Origin: Eledone cirrhosa
Lineage: Eukaryota
Assembly: GCA_964016885.1 (NCBI GenBank)
Contig: OZ024741.1
Coordinates: 320,106,001 to 320,170,000 of the forward strand
Direction: 5' to 3'
Length of the DNA: 64,000 bases
Shown here: in pieces, positions 42,896-56,400 of the stretch
How positions within the stretch are numbered: the first letter of the stretch is position 1
Layout: each line of letters begins with the position of its first letter
The notes under the pieces: generated by a model
What the model was told of the DNA's origin: nothing
The model's input: only the letters and a program-made list of their open reading frames with translations
Database searches by the model: none
Made by a program: the position numbers and the translations under genes

Positions 42896-43239
42896 TTAAC
42901 CAGCTTTGTTTACAAGTATGTGTTGCAGATTTACTCCGTATCCCAGTAGTTTGTAAGATTCGGCCATTTTCTCGTAAGCAAGGAACTGGGCGTACAATGA
43001 TTTCTTCAACGTTTCTTCCATGAACGTCTTGTCATCGGGTTTATTTCCGCTTGAGCTTGTCGATTTTTGATTTCCAGACTTGGAGCTAGAGCCACCCTTC
43101 CATAAATGTTTCCATCCATCATACTTAAGATTCTTATCGTCGCCATCGTTGTCGTCATCCTCATGATCATCACCTGTGTAATGGCTCAACAGTCCTAGTC
43201 CAAAAGCATCGACATGTTGCTTAGGTGTTTTACTTGTTT
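42896..43239 (-). CDS. Gene B terminal coding exon, paralogue of gene A exon 2
   Basis: Acceptor tttcgtttatatttcgtAG at 43240; 344-nt open exon in the same phase: TSKTPKQHVDAFGLGLLSHYTGDDHEDDD...MEETLKKSLYAQFLAYEKMAESYKLLGYGVNLQHILVNKAG*; AATAAA at 42767-42762. Confidence 0.85.
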
Positions 43240-43301
43240 CTACGAAATATAAACGAAATAAAATAAATAAGTAAATGAATGAATAAATAAATTAATAAAT
43301 A

Positions 43302-43905
43302 ATTATTTCTACTTTTGGCACAAGGCCAGCAATTATCCCAGTGCATTACTGGTACTTTATTTTATCGACCCCGTAAGGCTGAAAGGCAAAGTTAACCTCG
43401 GCGGGATTTGAACTCAGATCATAAAGGGCCGTAACTCTATGCTGCAAAGCATGGCGTCCGGCCCTCTACCGACACTGCCAATCCAAATAATTGTTTCTAC
43501 TTTAGGCATAAGGCCAGTAATTACCCAGTGCATTACTGGTACTTTATTTTATCGACCCCGTAAGGATGAAAGGCAAAGTCAACCTAGGCGGGATTTGAAC
43601 TCAGATCGTAAAGGGACGTAACTATGCTGGAAAGCATGGCGTCCGACCCTCTACCGATACTGCCAATCCACCGCCGTATACTGCCAATCCAAATAATCAT
43701 GGTTTCTTATATAGGTACAAGGCTAACAATGTTGGGGAAGGGGAAAGTCGATTAAATCGATCCCAGTGCGTGACTGGTACTTTATTTCATTGACCACGTA
43801 AAGATGAAAGGCAAAGTTAACTTGGCGGGATTTGAACTCAGAACGTAAAGGGCCGTAACTCCTATGCTGCAAAGCGTGGTGTCTGACGCTCTACCGATAC
43901 TGCTA
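43302..43905 (-). mobile_element. Three tandem octopod-type SINEs in the gene B intron
   Basis: Same consensus as the other copies. Confidence 0.85.
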
Positions 43906-43932
43906 AAATAATAATAGTAACAATAAAAATAA

Positions 43933-45370
43933 TTGCTTTATTGGCCACAAGGGCCAAAACATGAAGAACAATAAAAAAGACAGGGATAGTGGGTGTTTAC
44001 AAAAAAGATAACTATAAACAACAAAATACAAACAAGCTTATGGTCAGAAAAAGCCCGTTCACACGCGTCATCGTCGTTACATTCCACCACTTTTTAACAA
44101 ATGTACTTAGGGGCAGCCTTTTCCTCTCCAGCCTAACTTTTCTTTCCAAGTGGAACTTGAAAAAGTTGATGAGGGATTGACCGAAGAGGAAAATGTCTAT
44201 CCTCAGTCCTTTTAGCCGCGTCCAGCACACAACCTCACGACCTCTTTCGCTATGGTTCGCAGGTAGAGGAAAATTGTCGACCCTACCCGGTAAAGAGTAG
44301 GCGGCGGGGCAATCTTCACGTTGGACTTTTTAACAAATGGATAGATCCGTTTGACTGCATTCTGTGCCTATAGAGTTTATTTCGAAACAGTAATGCTCAC
44401 CGGTATCACTGCCAGGACAGAAATTTCTGAAAGTTGCACATGGTCTACGGTTCGAAAGTTCTCCAGAACTGGTCAATTCGATTTCGTCGACGCCCAGATC
44501 CTCTCCGAAAACGTTGTCGCATTTTCCCATCACTAGTCCTCTATAGAACACCAAAGTGGAATTTCCACAGGCCGCGTTGGCCGACTGGTAGAGAGCTGTG
44601 TGGGCGTGACAATATTCCACACACCTGGCACCCAGTGTCCATCTTCATTCGACCCACGACTTCAGCTGAGTCAAAGAAACAAATTGCCGAAAGAAATTAT
44701 CTCACAAACGGCGACCTCATCTACGTAGAGGGTGCTGGGAGTAGATGGACAACCACCAATGGAGCCTGTTACTTCCACAAGAAAGTTGAAGACCAGGCGC
44801 CCCAAATTGGCGAGGGGAGAATAGTGGCAAAGTTCAACGGTCAGGCGCTAGTAGACAGCGGATGCTATGTAGGCCTTGGGCAACTCCATCAGACCTTTCA
44901 GAAGAAGAAGATGAAGAAGAATATTGAGTGTCATGGTGATTTCTTTATTGGCCACTAGGGCCGAAAAACAAGGACAGTACAAATGTACTAGGACAGTGGC
45001 GATTTACTTTAATTGAGCAAATAGAAGAGAAACAGGTGACAAAGTAACAATAAATTTATAACGACAGAATTCTCCGATAGGCGTACCATACAGAGGTAAT
45101 TTATGAATCCCTCCCCTCACACCAGAAACCACACTGACCAACAAAAGCACCATAGTAAAATGTTGCTCATCCCCTCTAAAGTCTCCAACTTACAAACACA
45201 TACTTAGAGTTGGCCCATTCACTCTGGCCATCCTCACTACATTTAACTACGTTTTAACAAATATACTAGAGAATAACTCTTCCCACGCTACCTTCACCTT
45301 CCGTTCAAAGTGGAATTCGAAAAAGCCGTTGAGAGCTTGATTGAAGTGGAATGTATCTGTCTTCAGTTGT
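43933..45370 (-). mobile_element. Two 3' fragments of a probable L1/Tx1-clade LINE
   Basis: ORF end WTRLKG..GQSLINFFKFHLERKVRLERKRL..FVKKW; shared 3' end (CTTTATTGGCCAC on +) at 43936 and 44943. Confidence 0.55.
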
Positions 45371-45587
45371 TTGATATTTCTTCATACGCCATGATTTTTT
45401 TTTTTTTTTTAAATAAAATTCAGTGGGTGTTTTTGCATAATAAATGTAGATTTAGCCCTAATCGGATAGATACATAGAAAGACTAAGAAGCTTGCTAAAA
45501 ACGTAGTCAGTTTAGTCACAAATCAATATAAAAAAAAAACGTTTCAAAACTAAGTGAAAGAACAACAAACTTACTGAGCATATAATA

Positions 45588-46015
45588 ATGGTTTCTGATT
45601 TAGGCACAAGGCCAATAATTTGAGGCGAGGGCAAAGTCAATTAATTCGACCCCAGTGCGTTACTAGTACTTCATTTTATCAATCCCGCAAGGATTAAAGT
45701 CAAAGCTAATATTGGTGGGATTTGAACTCAAAACGTTAAGGATTGGAACTAGATGCAGTAATGATTCTGCCAATTCACCACCCTTTACGGAGCATATTAT
45801 AATTGTTTCTGATTCAGGCACGACACGAGGCCAGCAATGTTTGGAGGAGGGAAAAGTCGATTAAATCGATTCCAGTCCGTTACTGGTACTTTATTTTATC
45901 TACTCCGCAAGGATGAAAGGCAAGGTGGTATTTGACATCAGAACCTAAAGGTCCGTAACTATATGCTGCAAAGCATGATGTCCGACACTCTACCGATATT
46001 ACCAATCCACCGCCC
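45588..46015 (-). mobile_element. Two diverged octopod-type SINEs
   Basis: GGCACAAGGCC...AAAGTC.ATTAA.TCGA...GGATGAAAGGCAA consensus. Confidence 0.75.
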
Positions 46016-47248
46016 TTACGCTTATAATAATGATGATGATTTTTTAATGTGTTAAAAAGCACATTGAAAACAGTGCAAATACGATACTGTGTGGCTTTAT
46101 GGAAACGTGTAAAAGTGTGAAATATCAAAAACAAAAACGAAATTCAACACAAAATAATCTCCCCGAGTCAAATCTGCCTGTGATTATATAAGCCTTGTCA
46201 TATAACAGCCCACTAATCACAGACTCGATGAGAATTAATTCAAATAGTTTGACCCTCGAACAATCTTGCATTTGTGTGTTTGCATCGCTATTACGTTACA
46301 GAAATAATTCCTCTCTTGTTCACAACATTATCTACAGTGTACCCCAATAAATAGATAGCTTGTCACAAAATATAAGCGCAAACTATACGGGTTTACTGTA
46401 GCAGAGAAAAGCGGATATCTAAAGTGAAAGCGTAACTGTAGATATGAAATATTGTATTAAAATAAAAAGTGGTTCTCAAACTGCAGTTTTCGGTACTTGA
46501 TAAATCACAGATAGTAAGCATGTTTCTCTTCCATGCTGATCTGGTTGATGTTCTGTTGTCATTGTGCATAGTATTGATTGTTAATGAGAAGGATTCTAAC
46601 CATATTGTTGTGCAAATAGAAGTGTTATATTAGCTCTAATATTTGTATAATATATATACATATCTATGTAGAAATAATACATTACACTGTCCAGGTCAAT
46701 AAAATAAATATTAAGTTCGTTATGATTTATAATAACAAATGAGAATTCCTGTGCGTGACGCAGCATGGGTTTCTGGCTTATAGAATCAGCCAATTGTAAA
46801 AACACATAGATATACCCCATATGGCGTAACCAAGTTATCGACTATAATGAACAGCAAATATAAATATCGTATTGAACTATTGAAGGAAATAAACCTGCAA
46901 AATCAAATATATTGTCACAAGTTGGTATCTTGTTACAAAAGAAATATTGTCTTTTTAGATTTAAGTGATATTACTAATCATAACGCTCCGTGAATAACTG
47001 CTACGGAGTATTGGCACTGATTTAAATCTCATCCTTTTTGCTGTGCAAGACACTTTCTAATATGTCTTCGCTATCTTTCATATTGGAAACACAGACACAC
47101 ATAAACAAACATACTTACACAAGCAGAAAACTGGCCTGGGGGTCGAAGGTAACTTCCAGTATGACAAAAGACAAATGAGTAGGATTAGTAAATTATTATA
47201 AAATATATGCATATATTTGCATATGCATTTGTATGAATGTGTGAAAAT

Positions 47249-47344
<96 letters not shown>

Positions 47345-47828
47345 AAAGTTTTATTTAAAATTGTTGGGTTACAACAAGTAAATATTTTATAACTGATATA
47401 AAGCACTCGACAAGTTTTTGGAGTAGATATACGATATTAATATATATATCAGAATAAAAATAATCAGCGGTAAATGATCTGAGTCTGCGAAAGGAACAGC
47501 GTATAAAATTCATAAAAAAGGACGAGATAGTATGCGAGCAAGAGAGAAGCCTTCTTTAGTTTCTTGCATACAATTCTCTGAAAAGGACCATTGCCTGAAA
47601 TAACATACCACTTTTATCCTTACATTAAATATACCAAAAGTTGTATTTACCATTTTCTTTATGCGTTGAACTGGTACCGATATTCAGCACGAAAATGACC
47701 AGAAAACAGAGACTAACTTTGATGGTATTCATATTGGCAATTGAATATATTTTACTGAAATTTACAGTGCAAGATTCCATTTATATATACATCATACATT
47801 TACGTATACAAATACCAGAATTATTCAG

Positions 47829-47884
<56 letters not shown>

Positions 47885-48719
47885 CATATTTTGTCCATTG
47901 GCTTACAATAAATAGAGAGAAAGAGAAAAATGAATAGATTTGGTCATGTGGAGAATGATGTAAAAAAGAAAAAGAAAGATTTAAGAAAGAGTTAATTGTA
48001 GAGAATCAAAGTTGTTAGAACAAACTTCAGCATGGCGGCTAAAAAAATAATTAATCAATAAATAGTATGTGACCATTTCACATCAAAACAGCTCGCTTTC
48101 AAAACCTAACGTAAACATAGGGATTAACCCTTATATGGTGATAGTCGTTGTCGCTCTCTCCTCACCACACCGATATCTATGATGTCATACCAGTCAACAC
48201 TGCTCCATATGCCACAATACCTTTCAATAAGGCATTGCAGAAAACTAACAAGGAAGCTTTCAATCTGCAAGAAACAACAATCACAGCTCCCTCAAGTTGC
48301 ACTATTCCATCTTCAAAAAAGGAAAAGACTCATTCGATGATATCGACCTGAAAATATAGTCTAAATACTTTTTCTGCATATGTCTGCTCGTTCAGTGTTC
48401 AACTTAGACAAAAGAAAGCAGCATTACATAAGCCCTAACTACACCACTTAAGACTTATACCACACCAGACTTCGTACAATTCATACATCAGTCTACCATA
48501 ACAAACCTCACCCAAATAAATCATACTATAGTATACAATATTTTATCAGACGTTACATTAATGTATTGCTTCAAATAACATAATATCTCTTTACCCAGGA
48601 CACCATATCAAACCACATTACATTACAAGCCAAATAAATAATAGGCTAATTTCTCTCACATCACACTCTATCACACCTTATCATATAATGGCAGGGCACA
48701 CTAGGGAATGTTGTTCTAA

Positions 48720-49601
48720 TTAACAATCCACCACTATCCCTCACCAAAACTACACCCACCACTACCAGCCTCGTCATCACCATCACTACAACCATCACTA
48801 TCACCACCACCACCACCACCACCACCACCACCACCACCACTAATACCACCATCAATGTCCTAAATAACAATCAATCACTATCCCATACCAAATCCACAAC
48901 CACCACTACCAGCCTCATCATCACCACCACTACCACCATCACCTTCAACATCACCACCACCACCACCATCACAGCTAATACTACCATCACTGTCCTAATT
49001 AACAATCCATCACTATCCCAACAACACTACCACCTCCACCACCACCAAAATCAACACCACCAACAACACTACCACCATCACCACCTCCAACACCACCATC
49101 ATCACCTCCACCACCACCAACACCACCAACACCACCACCACTAACAACACTAACACCGCCACCACCTCCACCGCCACCAATACCACCAACAACGCTACCA
49201 CCATCACCACCTCCACCACCACCAAACACCACCAACACCACCACCACCAACAATACTAACACCGCCACCACCTCCACCGCCACCAATACCACCAACAACG
49301 CTACCACCATCACCACCTCCACCACCGCCAAACACCACCAACACCACCAACACCAACAACACTAACACCGCCACCACATCCACCGCCACCAATACCAGCA
49401 ACAACGCTACCACCATCACCACCTCCACCACCACCAAACACCACCAACACCACCACCAACAACAACACTAACACCGCCACCACCTCCACCAGCACCAACA
49501 TCACCACCTCCACCACCACCAATAACACCAACAACACTACCACCATCACCACCTCCACCACCTACACCACCACCAACGATACCACCACCACCACCACCAC
49601 C

Positions 49602-49633
<32 letters not shown>

Positions 49634-50010
49634 CAATACCGCCACCACCTCCACCACCAACAACAACAACAACACCGCCATCACCTCCACCAACATCACC
49701 ACCTCCACCACCACCAATCCACCAACAACACTACTACCATCACCACCTCCACCATCACCACCTCCACCACCACCAACACCACCACCACCAACAACAACAC
49801 TACCACCATCACCACCTCCACCATCACCACCTCCACCACCACCAACACCACCACCGCCACCAACAACACTACCACCATCACCACCTCCACCACCACCAAC
49901 ACCACCACCGCCACCAACAACACTACCACCATCACCACCTCCACCACCACCAACACCACCACCACCACCAACAACACTACCACCATCACCACCTCCACCA
50001 CCACCAATGC
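48720..50010. repeat. Degenerate (ACC/AAC)n low-complexity tract with sub-repeats
   Basis: Read directly; internal repeats of about 106 bp near 49130-49450. Confidence 0.9.
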
Positions 50011-50194
50011 TACCTTTATACTTACGACTGAACCCATCTCATATAGCCCCCGTCATCGCCAATAAACACAGCCTCTAGAAAATCCTATACGGCTGCCAAC
50101 ACTAGTACCATTAATTAAACTTCCGTCATCGCCATAGCCACAGACACCACAAACAACGATCGCAATCAAAACGCCATGTCACCGTCATTATCAC

Positions 50195-50382
50195 GTGGAT
50201 TGGCAGTATCGGTAGAGGGTCGGACGCCATGCTTTGACACATAGAGTTACGTCCATTGCCATTCTGAGTTCAAATCCCGCCGAGGTTAGCTTTGCCTTTC
50301 ATCCTTACGGGGTCGATAAAATAAAGTACCAGTAATGTACTGGGAAAATTGCTGGCCTTGTGCAAAAAGTAGAAACAATTAT
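50195..50382 (+). mobile_element. Near full-length octopod-type SINE
   Basis: GTGGATTGGCAGTATCGGTAGA A box, GAGTTCAAATCC B box, and core. Confidence 0.85.
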
Positions 50383-50442
50383 CACAAACACCCACCCTAA
50401 TAACAACACCAGTACAGACAAGAGTAACACCAAAACCAACGT

Positions 50443-53400
50443 CACTAGCACACAACACCTAGCCTCAGCACTACCACCAACACCTAGCCCCAGCACTACC
50501 ACACAACACCTAGCCCCAGCACTACCACCAACACCTAGCCCCAGCACTACCTCACAACACCTAGCCCCAGCACTACCACCAACACCTAGCCCCAGCACTA
50601 CCTCACAACACCTAGCCTCAGCACTACCACCAACACCTAGCCCCAGCACTACCACCAACACCTAGCCCCAGTACTACCACCAAAACCTAGCCCCAGCACT
50701 ACAACCAACACCTATCCCCAGCACTACCACACAACACCTAGCCCCAGCACTACCACCAACACCTAGCCCCAGCACTACCACCAACACCTAGCCCCAGCAC
50801 TACCACCAACACCTAGCCCCAGCATTAGCACACAACACCTAGTCCCAGCACTAGCACACAACACCTAGCCCCAGCACTACCACCATCACCTAGCCCCAGC
50901 ACTACCACCAACACCTAGCCCCAGCACTACCACACAACACCTAGCCCCAGCACTACCACCATCACCTAGCCCCAGCACTACCAACAACACCTAGCCCCAG
51001 CACGACCACCAACACCGAGCCCCAGCACTACCACACAACACCTAGCCCCAGTACTACCCCCAACACCTAGCCCCAGCACTACCACCAACACCTAACCCCA
51101 GCACTACCACCAACACCTAGCCCCAGCACTACCACCAACACCTAGCCCCAGCACTACCACACAACACCTAGCCCCAGCACTACAACACAACACTTAGCCC
51201 CAGCACTACCACCAACACCTAGCCCCAAAACTACCACACAACACCTAGCCCCAGCACTACCACACAACACCTAGCCCCAGCACTACCACACAACACCTAG
51301 CCCCAGCACTACAACACAACACTTAGCCCCAGCACTACCACCAACACCTAGCCCCAGCACTACCACCAACACCTAGCCCCAGCACTACCACACAACACCT
51401 AGCCCCAGCACTACCACACAACACCTAGCCCCAGCACTACCACCAACACCTAGCCCCAGCACTACCACAGAACACCTAGCCCCAGCACTACCATCAACAC
51501 CTAGCCCCAGCACTACCACACAACACCTAGCCCCAGCACTACCACACAACACCTAGCCCCAGCACTACCACCAACACCTAGCCCCAGCACTACCACAGAA
51601 CACCTAGCCCAAGCACTACCACACAACACCTAGCCCCAGCACTACCATCAACACCTAGCCCCAGCACTACCACCAACACCTAGCCCCAGCACTACCACAC
51701 AACACCTAGCCCCAGCACTACCACCAACACCTAGCCGCAGTACTACCACCAACACCTAGCCCCAGCACTACCACACAACACCTAGACCCAGCACTACCAC
51801 ACAACACCTAGCCCCAGCACTACCACAAAACACCTAGCCGCAGTACAACCACCAACACCTAGCCCCAGCACTACCACACAACACCTAGACCCAGCACTAC
51901 CACACAACACCTAGCCCCAGCACTACCACAAAACACCTAGCCGCAGTACAACCACCAACACCTAGCCCCAGCACTACCACCAACACCTAGCCCCAGCACT
52001 ACCACCAACACCTAGCCCCAGCACTACCACACAACACCTAGCCCCAGCACTACCATCAACACCTAGCCCCAGCACTACCACCAACACCTAGCCCCAGCAC
52101 TACCACACAACACCTAGCCCCAGCACTACCACCAACACCTAGCCGCAGTACTACCACAAACACCTAGCCCCAGCACTACCACACAACACCTAGACCCAGC
52201 ACTACCACACAACACCTAGCCCCAGCACTACCACAAAACACCTAGCTGCAGTACAACCACCAACACCTAGACCCAGCACTACCACACAACACCTAGCCCC
52301 AGCACTAACACCAACACCTAGCCCCAGTACTACCACACAACACCTAGCCCCAGCACTACCACACAACACTTAACCCCAGCACTACCACCAACACCTAGCC
52401 CCAGCACTACCACCAACACCTAGCCCCAGCACTACCACACAACACCTAGCCCCAGCACTACCACAAAACACCTAGTCCCAGTACTACCACCAACACCTAG
52501 CCCAAGCACTACCACACAACACCTAGCCCCAGCACTACCACCAACACCTAGCCCCAGCACTACCACCAACACCTAGCCCCAGCACTAACACCAACACCTA
52601 GCCCCAGCACTACCACACAACACCTAGCCCCAGCACTACAACACAACACCTAGCCCCAGCACTAACACCAACACCTAGCCCCAGCACTACCACACAACAC
52701 CTAGCCCCAGCACTACAACACAACACCTAGCCCCAGCACTACCACCAACACCAAGCCCCAGCACTACCACCAACACCTAGCCCCAGCACTACCACCAACA
52801 TCTAGCCCCAGCACTACCACCAACATCTAGCCCCAGTACTACCACACAACACCTAGCCCCAGCACTACCACACAACACCTAGCCCCAGCACTACAACACA
52901 ACATTTAGCCCCAGCACTACCACCAACACCTAGCCCCAGCACTACCACACAACACCTAGCCCCAGCACTACCACAAAACACCTAGCCCCAGTACTACCAC
53001 CAACACCTAGCCCAAGCACTACCACACAACACCTAGCCCCAGCACTACCACACAACACCTAGCCCCAGTACTACCACCAACACCTAGCCCCAGCACTACC
53101 ACCAACACCTAGCCCCAGCACTACCACACAACACCTAGCCCCAGCACTACAACACAACACCTAGCCCCAGCACTACCACCAACACCTAGCCCCAGTACTA
53201 CCACCAACACCTAGCCCCAGCACTACCACCAACACCTAGCCCCAGCACTACCACCAACATCTAGCCCCAGCACTGCCACCAACACCCAGCCCCAGCACTA
53301 CCACCAACACCTAGCCCCAGCACTACCACCAACACCTAGCCCCAGCACTACCACCAACACCGAGCCCCAGCACTACCACACAACACCTAGTCCCAGTACT

Positions 53401-56400
53401 ACCACCAACACCTAGCCCCAGCACTACCACCAACACCTAGCCCCAGCACTACCACCAACATCTAGCCCCAGCACTGCCACCAACACCCAGCCCCAGCACT
53501 ACCACCAACACCTAGCCCCAGCACTACCACCAACACCTAGCCCCAGCACTACCACCAACACCGAGTCCCAGCACTACCACACAACACCTAGTCCCAGTAC
53601 TACCACCAACACCTAGCCCCAGCATTACCATCAACACCTAGCCCCAGCACTAGCACACAACACCTAGCCCCAGCACTACCACCAACACCTAGCCCCAGCA
53701 CTAACACCAACACCTAGCCCCAGCACTACCACACAACACCTAGCCCCAGCACTACCACACAACACCTAGCCCCAGCACTACCACCAACACCTAGCCCCAG
53801 CACTACCACCAACACCTAGCCCCAGCACTAGCACACAACACCTAGCCCCAGCACTACCACACAACACCTAGCCCCAGCACTACCACACAACACCTAGCCC
53901 CAGCACTACCACCAACACCTAGCCCCAGCACTAGCACACAACACCTAGCCCCAGCACTACCACACAACACCTAGCCCCAGCACTACCATCAACACCTAGC
54001 GCCAGCACTACCACCAACACCTAGCCCCAGCACTACCACCAACACCTAGCCCCAGCACTACCAGCAACACCTAGCCCCAGTACTACCACCAACACCTAGC
54101 CCCAGCACTACCACCAACACCTAGCCCCAGCACTAGCACACAACACCTAGCCCCAGCACTACCACCAACACCGAGCCCCAGCACTACCACACAACACCTA
54201 GTCCCAGTACTACCACCAACACCTAGCCCCAGCACTACCAACAACAACTAGCCCCAGCACGACCATCAACACCGAGCCCCAGCACTACCACACAACACCT
54301 AGCCCCAGTACTACCCCCAACACCGAGCCCCAGCACTACCACACAACACCTAGCCCCAGTACTACCTCCAACACCTAGCCCCAGCACTACCACCAACACC
54401 TAACCCCAGCACTACCACCAACACCTAGCCCCAGCACTACCACACAACACCTAGCCCCAGTACTACCACCAACACCTAGCCCCAGCACTACCACACAACA
54501 CCTAGCCCCAGCACTACCACCAACACCTAGCCCAAGCACTACCACACAACACCTAGCCCCAGCACTACCACCAACACCTAGCCCCAGCACTACCACACAA
54601 CACCTAGCCCCAGCACTACAACACAACACCTAGCCCCAGCACTACCACCAACACCTAGCCCCAGCACTACCACACAACACCTAGCCCCAGCACTACCACA
54701 CAACACCTAGCCCCAGCACTACAACACAACACCTAGCCCCAGCACTACAACACAACACTTAGCCCCAGCACTACCACCAACACCTAGCCCCAAAACTACC
54801 ACACAACACCTAGCCCCAGTACTACCCCCAACACCTAGCCCCAGCACTACCACCAATACCTAGCCCCAGTACTACCACCAACACCTAGCCCCAGCACTAC
54901 CACACAACACCTAGCCCCAGTACTACCACCAACACCTAGCCCCAGCACTACCACCAACACCTAGCCCCAACACTACCACACAACACCTAGCCCCAGCACT
55001 GCAACACAACATTTAGCCCCAGCACTACCACCAACACCTAGCCCCAGCACTACCACACAACACCTAGCCCCAGCACTACCACCAACACCAAACCCCAGCA
55101 CTACCACACAACACCTAGCCCCAGCACTACCACCAACACCAAACCCCAGCACTACCACCAACACCTAGCCCCAGCACTACCACCAACACCTAGCCCCAGC
55201 ACTACCACCAACACCTAGCCCCAGCACTACCACACAACACCTAGCCCCAGCACTACCACACAACACCTAGCCCCAGCACTACCACCAACACCTAGCCCCA
55301 GCACTACCACACAACACCTAGACCCAGCACTACCACGCAACACCTAGCCCCAGCACTACCACACAACACTTAACCCCAGCACTACCACCAACACCTAGCC
55401 CCAGCACTACCACACAACACCTAGCCCCAGCACTACCACACAACACCTAGCCCCAGCACTACCACACAACACCTAGCCCCAGCACTACCACACAACACCT
55501 AGCCCCAGCACTACCACCAACACCTAGCCCCAGCACTACCACACAACACCTAGCCCCAGCACTACCACACAACACCTAGCCCCAGCACTACCACCAACAC
55601 CTAGCCCCAGCACTACCACACAACACCTAGACCCAGCACTACCACACAACACCTAGCCCCAGCACTACCACACAACACTTAACCCCAGCACTACCACCAA
55701 CACCTAGCCCCAGCACTACCACCAACACCTAGCCCCAGCACTACCACCAACACCTAGCCCCAGTACTACCACCAACACCTAGCCCCAGCACTACCACACA
55801 ACACCTAGCCCCAGCACTACCACCAACACCTAGCCCCAGCACTACCACACAACACCTAGCCCCAGCACTACCACCAACACCTAGCCCCAGCACTACCACC
55901 AACACCTAGCCCCAGTACTACCACCAACACCTAGCCCCAGTACTACCACCAACACCTAGCCCCAGCACTACAAACAACACCTAGCCCCAGCACTACCACC
56001 AACACCTTGCCCCAGTACTACAACCAACACCTAGCCCAGCACTACAACCAACACCTAGCCCCAGCACTACCACCAACACCTAGCCCCAGTACTACAACCA
56101 ACACCTAGCCCAGTACTACCACCAACACCTAGCCCCAGTACTACCACCAACACCTAGCCCCAGCACTAGCACACAACACCTAGCCCCAGCACTACCACCA
56201 ACACCTAGCCCCAGCACTACCACCAACACCTAGCCCCAGCACTACCACACAACACCTAGCCCCAGCACTACCACCAACACCTAGCCCCAGCACTACCACC
56301 AACACCTAGCCCACTACTACCTCACAACACCTAGCCCCAGCACTACCACACAACACCTAGCCCCAGCACTACCACCAACACCTAGCCCAGTACTACCACC

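Noticed and set aside
48661-50037. Val/Gly-rich or Pro/Thr-rich ORFs
   Set aside because: Low-complexity (ACC)n tract with frequent frame changes and no splice evidence.
50195-50290. tRNA gene
   Set aside because: The A and B boxes belong to the SINE head; no cloverleaf is evident.
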